A stretch of 64,000 nt of DNA from Clostridia bacterium. Its GTDB lineage: Bacteria > Bacillota > Clostridia > Oscillospirales > CAG-272. Shown here one piece after another: positions 25,836 through 38,300 of this stretch. Under the pieces are notes generated by a model that saw only the letters and a program-made list of their open reading frames with translations, did no database searches and had not been told where the DNA came from. How positions within the stretch are numbered: the stretch's first letter is position 1; each line of letters opens with the position of its first letter. Both the position numbers and the translations under genes were made by a program. The stretch is from contig JAFTOG010000050.1 in assembly GCA_017451485.1 (NCBI GenBank), forward strand, positions 1,380 to 65,379, written 5' to 3'.

Positions 25836-27971
25836 ATGGGTGTAAGTCAAACTCTAACAGTAACAGAGTCAAGTGTTAATAAATCGGATAACACTTCTAA
25901 AGTGCGTATATTATGGAAGTCCACGCAAACAGGAGAAAGCTGGAACGGATATGAAAGAACAGGATATTACTATGTTTCCATAAACGGAGGAGCAGAGACA
26001 AAATATTCGGTAGAGTATTCTTTGCCTCCCGAATCGACTGTGACCATAGTAGACACCACTATCATAGTTCCTCACAAGGACAATGGCACAGGAACTGTAA
26101 AAGTAAGGACTTGGATGAACACTGACATCAGTGCAGGTGTTGTCGAAAATTCAAAAACGCTTACTCTCACTACTATTGCGAGAGCATCCACAATAGACTC
26201 TCTTACTTGTGCAACGAAGTATTTTACAGGTAAGCTGACATACAAGTACACACCTAAAGCCTCAAGTTATTATAACCGTTGCAATATATCCCTTAATCTT
26301 GACGGAGAATACATAGCGGTAAAATCCGTTCTGCTCGGACAAAAATCCGCCTCGCAGAAGACAGCAACCGTCACATTTTCCGAGGATGAGCTTTCAATCA
26401 TATACAATGAGTTACCCAAGACCACCAAGGGAACGCTTCGCTTTACCTTCCGTACATATTCTGATGGGGATTACAGTACACAGATAGGAGATGCAGTATA
26501 TAGGGAGATAACATTATCTATCCCAAACACAACAGCCACACAGCCGACTGCGACTATGACCTTGAGTCCCGTTAGCTCTTTAGACTCTCCCTTTGATACT
26601 CTATACATTAAGGGCAGAAGTAAGGTTGATGCTAATTTTACAAACGGAGCAGGTAAGTACGGAGCTTCCATAGTCTCCTACAAGATGAGAGTAGGCGGTA
26701 AGGACTATGGCTCTCCCTATACATCAGGGTATCTTTCCACCACAGGAGATATAACTGTAACAGGTATCATTACAGACTCAAGAGGCTTTACTAAGGAATA
26801 TGAGCAAACGATTACCGTCATTTCTTACAGTGAGCCGAAAATACTTCCTGCAAGTGACGAGAATGCCATAATATGTGCGAGATGTGATGTTGACGGAAAC
26901 CTCACCGAGTCGGGTACATACTTAAAAATCAAGGCGAGAAGAAGTTACTACAAGGTCACGGCAGATGGTGTACAGAATAACTTCTGTGCTATTCGCTACC
27001 GATATCGTAACGAGGGTACAAACACTTTCTCCTCTTGGAAAACCATCCTTGCCAAGGATGACACATCAACTAACACAATTGACTCCGATCCTATATCTGG
27101 AGTGGTATCTTCGGCTGAGACCTCCTACATCGTGCAGGTCGGTGTTATAGATGACCTCGGAGAGAGTGCGGCGGTGCAGGTCATTATCCCTTCTGATTTT
27201 GTTACTATAGACTGTCCCGAAGAGTTTAAGGGCAGACGAATGGCTTTCTTCCGATATGTTGGTGAAGCAACAGAGGATGGTTTATATATGGGACTCCCCC
27301 TCTTCGGAGGCTCAATTGACTCATTAAAGCTCGGAACGAGGATTACAGCAACATCTACCGCACCTATAAGTCTTAATGACTATAAGACTCCCGGATGCTT
27401 CTATTCGCCAAGTGCTGAAAATAGCCAATACATTACCGAAACTCCATATACAGACGGTGGCTTCGGTCTCATAGTCAGAGAGATGCAGAGTACAAAATAC
27501 ATCCGTCAGGAGATTTATTATGGCAGAACAAATTGGCAGAGGCATTGGGACGGAACTGAATGGAGTGAGTGGCTTCGCTACCTAATGACAAGTCAAGAAA
27601 CATCGACTGCGGCTGATTTTGTTACCGAGATAGACCTTTACGAGACCGACACAGGGTCTTGGCGGTACAAGAAGTGGAAAAGCGGAACTTATGACTTAAG
27701 TGGTGTATTTGACGTAACACCGATATCAGCAGGTACTACTGGTGGAGTTTACTATTCGGAACAGATACAGATTAAATTGCCGTTTTCGGTTGAGACCATT
27801 CAATATACCGGCTCACCTGTTGAACAATATTGCTTGTTCGTCAATGCAGCTCTTGTTTCTAAAGGAGATGCAGATAATAACGGCATAATAGGTTTCCGAC
27901 TTATGCGGTTTATTGATTTCAGTACAGAGGCTGTTTCTGTCCGCATAATAGCACGAGGACGATGGAAATAA
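25836..27971 (+). CDS. phage minor structural / receptor-binding candidate (DUF859-like N-terminus)
   Basis: N-terminus ...SKVRILWKSTQTGESWNGYERTGYYYVSINGG... resembles the DUF859 minor structural family (from memory). Confidence 0.4.
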   Translation: MGVSQTLTVTESSVNKSDNTSKVRILWKSTQTGESWNGYERTGYYYVSINGGAETKYSVEYSLPPESTVTIVDTTIIVPHKDNGTGTVKVRTWMNTDISAGVVENSKTLTLTTIARASTIDSLTCATKYFTGKLTYKYTPKASSYYNRCNISLNLDGEYIAVKSVLLGQKSASQKTATVTFSEDELSIIYNELPKTTKGTLRFTFRTYSDGDYSTQIGDAVYREITLSIPNTTATQPTATMTLSPVSSLDSPFDTLYIKGRSKVDANFTNGAGKYGASIVSYKMRVGGKDYGSPYTSGYLSTTGDITVTGIITDSRGFTKEYEQTITVISYSEPKILPASDENAIICARCDVDGNLTESGTYLKIKARRSYYKVTADGVQNNFCAIRYRYRNEGTNTFSSWKTILAKDDTSTNTIDSDPISGVVSSAETSYIVQVGVIDDLGESAAVQVIIPSDFVTIDCPEEFKGRRMAFFRYVGEATEDGLYMGLPLFGGSIDSLKLGTRITATSTAPISLNDYKTPGCFYSPSAENSQYITETPYTDGGFGLIVREMQSTKYIRQEIYYGRTNWQRHWDGTEWSEWLRYLMTSQETSTAADFVTEIDLYETDTGSWRYKKWKSGTYDLSGVFDVTPISAGTTGGVYYSEQIQIKLPFSVETIQYTGSPVEQYCLFVNAALVSKGDADNNGIIGFRLMRFIDFSTEAVSVRIIARGRWK

Positions 27972-27999
27972 CACATATTATCACAGGAGGAAATAAATA

Positions 28000-29349
28000 A
28001 TGGCAAATAACTATCTAAAACTCGGATCGCAGGGTGACTATGTTAAGCAAGTTCAAAAAAACCTTAACCTTCGAGGTGGATATGGTCTTGCCGAAGATGG
28101 TATTTTGGGAGAGAAAACCCTGTCCGCTATCAAGGACTATCAAGGTAGGCAAGGACTTGATGTTGATGGAATTGTAGGACCTGAAACATGGAGTCTGCTT
28201 GTGGGTGGTGATAATCCCTTTGATATTGAGTCAACTCAGTCTTCACCTTCCAAGCCACCTTCAAGTAATGGCACATCAAGTAACAATACTGCCAATGGAG
28301 GCTCGTACAATAAAGGATTTTCATATAAAGATTTCTCATACAAGGACTATAAAGAGAGTGAATTAGTATTACAGGCGAAAAAAATGCTTGATGCTCAGTT
28401 ATCACAGAAACCGGGTGCATATCAGTCTCAATGGCAAGGACAATTTGATGAGGTTATGAAACAAATTCTGAATCGTGAGGATTTCTCTTACGATTTCAAC
28501 GCTGATGCACTCTATCAACAGTACAAGGATCAGTATATAAAACAGGGCAAAATGGCTATGCAGGACACAATGGGGCAGGCGGTGGCTATGACAGGCGGCT
28601 ACGGAAACTCCTATGCACAGAGTGTAGGTCAGCAGGTATACAATGCACATCTTGAAAATCTCAATGATGTTATCCCCGAACTTTATCAGATGGCTCTCGA
28701 TAAATACAATATGGAGGGAGACGAACTCTATAATCAGTATGCTATGCTCGGAGACCGTGAAAACCTCGACTATAGCAGATACAGAGACTCTGTTTCCGAT
28801 TGGTTGACCGAAAGAGATTACCTTGCAGGTCGATATGACAGCGAGAGGGACTATGACTATAGCAAGTATGTAAATGACCGTGACTTTGCTTACGGGCAGT
28901 ATGGTGATAACAAAGCCTATGCATATCAAGACTACAGAGATAATATTGCAGATCAGCAGTGGCAGGCACAGTTCGACGAGTCGGTAAGACAGTATAACGA
29001 GCAGATGGCTTTCCAAGAGAAGCAGTACAATGACAGCAAGGCTTCAAGTGGTGGCGGTAGTTCATCAGGAGGCTCAAGTGGAGGCTCTTCGGGAGGCTCG
29101 GGTAGTGGTACTACAGGTAGCGGAAATGGTAACAGCGGAGGTGGATATAAGGCTGTTGATTCCCAAGCAACCAAAAATTTCAAAGCAAGCATTCGCACAC
29201 AAAATGAATTCTATGGCAGATCATCAGCCGAGAAAGAAAAATACAAGACTTATGATGCCTATATTGAAGGCAAACTCGATGAGTGGATGCAACAAGGCAA
29301 GCTGACCGAGGACGAAGTAGCAACACTAATAGCATATTACGGTCTCTAA
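28000..29349 (+). CDS. virion protein with an N-terminal peptidoglycan-binding (PG_binding_1) domain
   Basis: LKLGSQGDYVKQVQKNLN...LAEDGILGEKTLSAIKDYQGRQGLDVDGIVGPETWSLL, then Y/D/Q-rich repeats and a Gly/Ser tract. I recognise no catalytic domain. Confidence 0.65.
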   Translation: MANNYLKLGSQGDYVKQVQKNLNLRGGYGLAEDGILGEKTLSAIKDYQGRQGLDVDGIVGPETWSLLVGGDNPFDIESTQSSPSKPPSSNGTSSNNTANGGSYNKGFSYKDFSYKDYKESELVLQAKKMLDAQLSQKPGAYQSQWQGQFDEVMKQILNREDFSYDFNADALYQQYKDQYIKQGKMAMQDTMGQAVAMTGGYGNSYAQSVGQQVYNAHLENLNDVIPELYQMALDKYNMEGDELYNQYAMLGDRENLDYSRYRDSVSDWLTERDYLAGRYDSERDYDYSKYVNDRDFAYGQYGDNKAYAYQDYRDNIADQQWQAQFDESVRQYNEQMAFQEKQYNDSKASSGGGSSSGGSSGGSSGGSGSGTTGSGNGNSGGGYKAVDSQATKNFKASIRTQNEFYGRSSAEKEKYKTYDAYIEGKLDEWMQQGKLTEDEVATLIAYYGL

Positions 29350-29364
29350 AAGGAGGATAACATA

Positions 29365-32300
29365 ATGGCAAGTGTAGCCGAAATTAAAAAGCGACTTAAA
29401 GAGCAAGGCATTACAGGAGAAGTAGGACAGGCAAGCAGACACTATAACAGGAATAGCAATACTTCAAGCGAAAAGAAGAGTAGCGGTTATGTAGGTAGCA
29501 GTCAATACCAAAAGATAAAAGAAAAAGTAAAAAAAGGCGGTATTTCTTTTGATGAGCTTGGTGTAGACCAAGACTACATCAATTCCTACATTAACGATAC
29601 AAATACCTTCTTAAGTACAGCACAGGATGATATTAATGGTGTTGGGTGGGGGAATGCATCATCCACATATGAATCAAAGAATAACACATATATGGACCTC
29701 CACAGAAAGTCGAGTAATATCCGTACTTGGCTGAATGCAAACAAGAGTAACCTTGATGAAGAAACATACAATAACCTTATAGATTCTTTGGAAAAAGCTC
29801 AAAGCAGCTTGTCTTCTGTAAATAAAGCTTTTGAAGAGACTAAAGCCTTTTACTCTCAGTTTGAAACCGAGAATGACTACAATAATTATGTTCAATATGG
29901 GGAATTGAGCCGATATGATGTAAACGCAGGTCAACAGGAACTTGATATTCTTAATGGTCTCGCAAATGAAGTAGATGATTACAACAAAAAAGCCATTTCT
30001 TACGGTTATCTCGCTATCACTCCCGAAGAAAAAAAGAGAATGGAGGAGATAGATAAGGTTCTCAAAGAAAAGGGATATGAAGACGGTGCAGATGGTCTAA
30101 AGGGAGTTATATCAGAGAAATCGGCTTATCATAACCGAGCTAAGCAGATACAGGATGGTATAGCACTCTCCTCTGCAATTAACAATCCCGATTTCGAACA
30201 TTATTCTCAGGCAGGAGCAAATGTAAGTAATCCGTCTTGGGAAGACCACAAAGCTCCTGTAAACATCTTCGGATGGACTCCAATGGGAGAGGGCGAGGAA
30301 ATTGGGAATATGGTAACATTCGCTGAGGCTAATAAAGACACTGTTAATACAGATGCAGTATTAAGTTGGTCGTTGGCAAAAGGTATTGACCCGGAATCTA
30401 CATCTTATCAGTTATCGTTAATTAATAGGTATATGAAAGATGACGAAAAGGCTATATATAACTATTATATCGGTAAGGGTGACAAGGAAAGTGCAGATGC
30501 ATATATGTCATATATGATAGATGTCCTTGTGCAGAGAGAAGCAGGAGAATATGCGAATAAATTTGATGATACATATATGGAATGGGTAGTCTCAGGCACC
30601 GCAGGAGTTCATAATTTTGCATCGGGTATGTCAAACTTCTTTAATGGACTTACTCGTCAAGAAATCGACCCTAAATCGTCCCTTGCGTATTCACACGAAC
30701 TAATGAATAGCAATAACGAAGGAATATGGAAGATAACAAATGACCTTACATTTACTACTACCAATATGTTACCTTCTATACTGTTAAGCTTTGTTCCTGT
30801 AGCCGGTCCTGTACTTGGTACAACATCTATGGGAATATCAGCGGCAGGTAATGGCTATGCAGAAATGAAAAGACTTGGATATAGCGATGACCAAGCAAAA
30901 GCATACGGAACTCTCGTGGGATTATCAGAAGCAGGTCTTCAGACCCTTCTCGGTGGTATCAGTAAGCTTGGAGGCAAGATATCGGGCAAGGCTGTGGGCA
31001 ACTTAGTAAGCAAATTTGACAATGCTATTGCAAGAACTGCCATTAAGATTGGTGGCAATATGGTTGCAGAGGGAGCTGAAGAGGGTATTCAAACAGTGCT
31101 TGAGCCTGCATTTAAGGCTCTTGTTACAGGCGAGGACTACGAAGCTCCTGAGTGGGAAGAAGTCTTTTATTCATCACTCCTCGGTATGTTGTCAGGAGGT
31201 GTGTTTGAAGGAGGTCCTACTGTTGTAGATACTGCTGTTCAATCTCATCAGACAAGCAAGCAATACGGAAATTTCGCATCAGACATCGTAACAGAATTAA
31301 TTGAGCTTGACCCTAATAATTCACTCGCACAGAAAATGAAGGCAAGGCTCGACAGTGGTAAGAAAGTATCGGGATATCAATTAAACCGTCTTATAGATGC
31401 GAATGAGAGTGCTATGTACAAGCAGGATGTCTCTAAGATTAAATCTGCTACAGAGTCAAGACTTGCACAGCTTGGAGAACAGGGTGATGTAAGCAGACTT
31501 GCAGAAGCCATTGCGAAACATATTTCGGGCGAGGAACTTACACGATCCGAAATAAATATTATCAAAAACAGTAAATTCGGTCAGAGAGTTATCAACGAGC
31601 TTACCCCTTCTAATATTAAGTCAGGAGAATACTCAAGTGCTTGGGCAGAAGTAATCGGTACGGATAGGATAAATTCCGAGGAATACAGCAGGCTAATTGC
31701 AGACTTGGATGATGTACAAAATGAAGATTTTGACACAAAGACGGTTGATAATGCCACTGTGAAGACACAGAATGTTAAATCAGCCACAGAAATAATTTCC
31801 GAGACCGAGAATACACCTGTAGAAGAAAGTGCTGAAAATGGCGGTTTACAGGCTTCTAAAACTGCTATAGAAAATGTATCAGAGGAAGAAAAAAGCACAG
31901 TAACACTTGCAGAGGCTTCCCGAAAGTACGGAGCACAGGCACAGGCTATGATACATACTTATATCGAGGGACAGGATGCATACGAATACGACTCGGCTTA
32001 CAAGGTTGCATTTGATATGGGTAAAAGCGGAGTTTCCCTCTCCTATGCTTTAGAGAGTGAGGCTACTTCTTACCTATCGGAGAATCAAAGAAAACTCGCC
32101 TATGAAGCAGGAAAAGCGGCAGCGGATACATTAGCACAAAAGCGTGAAGCGGCGAACAAGAAAGCAGTTAATGGTAAGACAGGACGTAGAAAAGGTACTG
32201 TTAAGGGAGAGGGCGTAACTATTTCCGACCTTAAAAAGAGCTTCAATGATACTCAGAACAGGGCATATAAGATACTTTCCACTATTGCTGAGGTAACAGG

Positions 32301-35300
32301 TATTGATATTGTGCTGTATAAATCTGAGGTGAATGCAGACGGTAAGTTTGAAGGTGCTCAGGGTAGATTCAAATGGTCTGACGATAAAATCTACATTGAC
32401 ATAAATGCAGGTCTAAAGTCAGAAAACAGCGTGAATAATCTTGCAAAATACGCTATGCTTCGCAGTTTTTCCCACGAATTTACACATTTTATTGAAAAAT
32501 GGAATCCAATTTATTATAATGAGTTTAGAAAAGTAGTGTTTGACACACTTACAGATCGTGGCGAAAACGTACACAAGCTGATTATTGAAAAAATGGAGAA
32601 GATGGGTCTCGACTCCGAAGCCGAAGTAGAGGAAAAAAGAAGAAAGTACTATGACAGGGCAAGCCGTGAGGTTGTTGCTGAGGCTATGACCGATATTCTT
32701 CCTGATTCTCACTTCGTGGAAACTCTTGCAACAAAGCATAAGAATATCTTTGAAAAGTTACTTGATATGTTGAAGGAATTTCTTGCTGATATCAAGGCAT
32801 ATTTCAACACTATCACACATAACCCTTCAAGAGAGGCAAATACACTCAAGGAGCAGGTCGGAGAGACTGTGCATTATGTGGAAAACATTGTGAAGCTATT
32901 TGACAATGTTGCAGTAGAGGCTGTGGAAAACTATCAGATGACTGTTGCCATTGATGAAGTTGCAGAAAAACCTGCAAAGATTATCAACACAGTGACAAAA
33001 TCTGCTGAGAAAAGTGCAGATTCCAATAAATCATTGTATGAGAAATACAACGAAATAAAGGAAAGCTATCCCGATAATATCATTCTTTATAGGGTAGGAG
33101 ATTTCTTTGAGGTCCTTGGAGAAGATGCGAAAACTGTAGCAGATATACTTGACGTAACTTTGACAGGAAGAAACGATCCTAAACACGGACGTATTGATAT
33201 GTGCGGATTTCCTTATCATATCATTGAAAAGTATGTTGATAAGCTCCGCAAGAGCCACGATGTGGTGCTTGTAGATGTTGATGCAAAGGGAGAAGTGAAG
33301 GTTTATCCTATGGCTTCTATAAAAAATACTAACGGAGGTATTACAAATGTCCAAGAACGAGGCGAACAAAAAGCCGACAACACACGAGGAAGTAATTCAG
33401 CAGTTGAAGGAACACAAGAAACTGCTGGAGACAGATCCCGAGTACAGGAAACAGTACGAGGAAAGGAAGAAAAGTTTAGAGAAGTTCAACCTCTTCAACG
33501 ACAGCATAGAGGACTAAATGATAATCAATGGCTTTTAGACTCAAATAATTATATTGTTCCTGCACAAGACTCTGATTTGCACAAGGCACAGAAAACTCTT
33601 ACCGAAGATTACGGCATTGAATGTCATATCGTTAATAAATCTGCGTGGAAGAGAAATGCTAAGGCAACAACTTATTATGGAAAAGTCTACATTAGTGAAG
33701 ATATAGACGAACACAATCTTCGTGCTGTTCCTTTTCACGAAGCAACACACGCTATAAAACAGCGTGGCTTTAAGCCGTATTTGGATTTCATTGAGCGTAC
33801 TCCTGAAATGATAAATATGTCATCCCAAGAAGCACGAGATTTGATGGATGTTGTTTTGGAACACCTTGGATATAATAGTCTTGATATGGATGAACAGCAG
33901 AGAATTCGTTTTTATGATGAATTAAATGCATCTGTTTATGGTTTGACAGTTAGCGGAATTATTTTTGATAATGCTGAAATAGAATGGATTACAGATGCTT
34001 TTAACGACTTCACTGCTTATGCAAACGAGTTTACGGACATACACAATCAATTCAAAGCAAACAATAAACAGGAGGTAAAACCTAATGTCGAAAATGTTGA
34101 TAACAGAGACACAGTACAACAGCCTAACACCAATAGGCAGGGAGATACACAAGTATTGGAAGGACTTCAAACCCAAGATGTACAAGGAGATGTACAAAGA
34201 GGGGACACTGTGGGAGACACTGTCGAGCGAGGACAAGAGGTTGGACGAGATGATGCTGTCTCTGTTAACGGAGCAGGGACTCGCAGAGGACCAAGCGAGG
34301 GAGATAGTCAGAGCGGAGATATACGACGAAATGATGAGCTAAGTCCCGAAGCTGCTGAAAAACTCCACGAGGAAGTAACGGTACAGATTTCACAGCAGTC
34401 AACAGAAAAGCCCAAGGGCAGAAACTTTGTAATCGGTGATACTCTTGACCTTCCGAATGGAGAAAAGGCAAGATATAAGGCTAATATCGAAGCCATAAAG
34501 CTCGTAAAAACGCTTGAATCCGAGGGCAGATATGCAACAGAGCAGGAGCAGGCTATTCTCTCAAAATACGTAGGTTGGGGCGGTCTTGCTAATGCCTTTG
34601 ACGAAAGAAAGGCAGATTGGAGCAAGGAATTTAAGGAGCTTAAAGAACTTCTTACCAAGGAAGAGTACGAACTTGCAAGAGGCTCTACGCTTAATGCTCA
34701 CTATACAGAGATTTCCGTTATCAAGGCTATGTATGAGGGTCTTAATAAGCTCGGCTTTAACGGTGGGCGTATGTTAGAGCCTTCTTCGGGTGTTGGTAAC
34801 TTTGTCGGGGCTATGCCTTCTGATATGAGTGCAAAGGTAAAGAGTTGGACTATGGTAGAGCTTGACGGTATCACAGGACTGATCGCAAAATACCTCTATC
34901 CCAATGCCGATGTAAGAATACAAGGTTTTGAAAAAGCAAATATCCCCAATAACTTTATGGATGTAATTATCAGTAATGTTCCTTTTGGTAACTATCCCAT
35001 TACCGACAAGGCATATCCTAAGAAGGTAACGAGTGCTATTCATAACTATTTCTTTGCAAAGTCTCTTGATAAAGTCCGCCCGGGTGGAATCGTGATGTTT
35101 ATCACATCCTCATACACTATGAATAGTAAGGACGAGACCGTAAGAAGATACATTATGCAGAGAGCAGACCTTCTCGGAGCTATCAGACTTCCCGACACAG
35201 CCTTTAAGGGTAATGCGGGAACTGAGGTTGTTACAGATATTCTCATCCTTAAAAAGAGACCTGCAAATACAGCCTATACAGGTGAGGAATTCCTTGAAGC

Positions 35301-38300
35301 CCCTTACAAATATATAAACGGCTACAACGGAGCATATATCAACAGTTATTTCAATACTCATCCCGAAATGGTACTTGGTACTGCTTCTATGGATGGCAGT
35401 ATGTACCGTGGAGCTTCGCTGACATATAAAGCTCTTGAGGGTAAGGGAAGCCTTGCAGACCAAATCCGGGAAGCCTTTAGCCACATTAAAGGTAAAATGG
35501 ATTATCCTGCACGGTTGAGTCCCGAAAAGACCAATTTTGCAGTAGAGAGAGCAGGTAAGAATACCAAACAGGACGGCTACGTAGCAAAGAACGGAAAAAT
35601 ATATCAGAATAAAGACGGAGAACTTGTAGAGCAGACTGTTACTCCCAAGGTTGCAGAACGAATCAAGGGAATGCTTGAAATTCGTGATGCGGCCAAAGCA
35701 CTTACGAATGCTCAGCAACAGGGACTCAAGGATACCGAAATAAAGAAGGCAAGAGCAAATCTTAATAAGCTTTATGATGCTTTCGTAAAGAAAAACGGTT
35801 TCCTCAATGCTCCTGCAAATAGAAGTGCATTTAACGGAGATCCGGACAGATATTCTGTATTCGCTCTTGAAAATTGGGATAACGATAAGAAAACAGCAAC
35901 TAAGTCGGATATATTCTCCAAGAATACAATAGTTCCAAATCGTACTGTTAATTCTGCGAAGAACGTAGCAGAAGGACTTATTGTATCTGTAAACCAAACA
36001 GGCGGTGTAGATGTTTCTCTTATCGCAAGGCTGACAGGCAAGACCGAAGCCGATGTAACAAGAGAACTGCTTGACTCAAGACAGGTTTTCAAAAACAGAA
36101 ACGGTGTGCTTGAGACCGCAGAGACTTATCTTTCGGGTAATGTAAGAGCTAAGCTCCGTGATGCAGAGGCTCTTGTACCTATGGATAGCGACTATCAGAA
36201 GAACATTGAAGCACTTAAGGCAGTAATGCCCGAGGATGTTTCTTATCAAGATATTTTTGTCAACCCGGGTACACCTTGGATTCCTTCAAGTGTATATTCA
36301 GACTTTGCCGCATATATGCTTGGTGGAAGAAATACCGAATACAGACAGGATATAGATGTTACAAGAAATCCCGATACAGGTAATTTTACGGTAGAGCTTA
36401 AGAGTTCTTACTTAAAGTATAATGCCTCAAATACTCAGAAGTGGGGTACTCCTCGCCGTTCATTCATAGACTTGTTTGATGCTATGCTTAACTCTAAGAG
36501 CGTAGTAGTTAAGGACAAGCTTGACGATGGCTCGTTTGTAATAAACAAAGATGCAACTGCAGCCGCTAATGAGAAGATAGAGAATATCACAAAGGAATTT
36601 CAAGAGTGGCTATGGAAAGATGAAGCTCGCAGGACGGAGCTTGCTAAACTCTACAATGAGACATTTAACTCTATTGTAACTCCTAAGTATAACGGAGATA
36701 ATCTTACCGTGAACGGTGCAAATGCTATGAAGCCTTTGAGACCTCATCAGAGGAATGCTGTACAGCGAGTTATTTCTTCAGGCGGTAATACGCTTCTTGC
36801 ACATAAGGTTGGTGCAGGTAAGACCTACGAAATGGCGGCGGCAGCTATGAAGCTCAAGGAACTTGGACTTGTTAAAAAGCCTTTGTTCGCTGTTCCTAAG
36901 TCTCTTGTGGCTCAATGGGGTACAGAATTTATAGACTTCTTCCCAACTGCAAAATTGCTTGTAGCAGAAGCTACCGACTTTAGCACTGCTAACCGTAAGG
37001 TATTTATGAATCGTATTGCCAACGGAGATTATGATGCGGTTATCGTTTCATATGAGCAGTTTGAAAAGCTCCCTGTTTCTGATGATTTCACAAGAGAACT
37101 TTATCAGGAGCAGATAAATAGCGTTATTGCGGCTATCGAGGAAGCCAAAGCGGAGAAAGGAGCTAAGGCTCTTTCCGTTAAGGACCTTGAAAAGAAGCGT
37201 AAATCCTTGCAGGCGAAGATAGACAAACTGACCGACAAGGCAAAGGACGAGGGTAATATAGACTTTGAGGAATTGGGTGTAGACTCTCTCTTTATAGATG
37301 AGGCACATAACTTCAAGAATCTGTTCTATACTACCTCTATGACTAATGTATCAGGTCTTGGAAATAAGGACGGCTCAAAGAGAGCGTTTGACCTTTATAC
37401 AAAGGTACGCTATCTCCAAAAGCTGAATGGCGGTAAGGGAATTGTATTCGCTACGGCTACACCTGTTATGAACTCTATGTCAGAAATGTACATAATGCAG
37501 AAATATCTGCAACCCGACCTTCTTGAACAGCTTGGACTTAATACCTTCGATGCGTGGGCGAAGCAGTTCGGAGAGGTTGTCAACGGTGTAGAAATAAAAC
37601 CGAGTGGACAAGGCTACCGTGTAAAGCAAAGTTTCTCAAGATTCAAAAATATGAGTGAATTGCAACTATTATTCCGCAACTTTGCAGATGTTCTGACCGA
37701 CATCCCCGGACTAAAGATTCCGAAGATGAAGGGTGGAGCAGTAAATGTAGTAGTATGTGAGCCGGGACAGTTCCAACAGGATTATATGAAGGAGCTTGAA
37801 AAGAGAGCCGACAATATAAAGAATGTTGACCCTTCGGTTGATAATATGTTGAAAATCACTTCTGACGGTAGAAAAATATCCTATACTCAGCGTATGATAG
37901 ACCCCACTCTCCCTTATGAGGAAGGATGTAAAATATATCGTTGTGCTGGAAATGTAGTAAAAGCCTACAAAGAAAGCAAGGATATTAAGGGTACACAGCT
38001 TATATTCTGTGATATGGCAACACCAAAAGGCAAGAGTAAGACAGAGACTTCTACCGAAACAGACGATGCTTCAATGGATATGGAGAGTGCAAAGCTCTAT
38101 GATGATATTAAGGCTCGTCTTATACAGGAGGGCATACCTGCAAAAGAAATAGCTTTTATCCACGAAGCAGACACCGACCAAAAGAAAAAGAAGCTTTTTG
38201 CCGATGTAAACGAAGGTAAGGTAAGAGTATTGATAGGCTCTACAGGTAAAATGGGTGTAGGTATGAACGCACAAAAGCGTGTTGTTGCTATACATCACCT

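Noticed and set aside
29030-29305. A 91-aa alternative-frame ORF lies inside the PG-binding virion gene.
   Set aside because: It arises from the Gly/Ser-coding GGN/AGY repeat tract. It has no SD and an implausible sequence.
31016-31228. Other +1-frame ORFs lie inside the giant gene: 31016-31228, 34586-34777, 38603-38809 and 42236-42427.
   Set aside because: Their translations look like off-frame noise (Leu/Ser/Arg-rich). They lack SD sequences and overlap well-conserved main-frame domains, unlike the three nested ORFs reported.
35110-35997. A 295-aa minus-strand ORF lies inside the giant gene. There are similar long antisense ORFs at 21550-22212, 28402-29016, 46242-46871, 50718-51341, 54840-55580, 58052-58600, 59087-59680 and 4747-5178.
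   Set aside because: These are shadow ORFs antisense to well-supported genes. Their translations are Cys/Leu/Ser/Phe-rich with no domain signatures or SD sequences.
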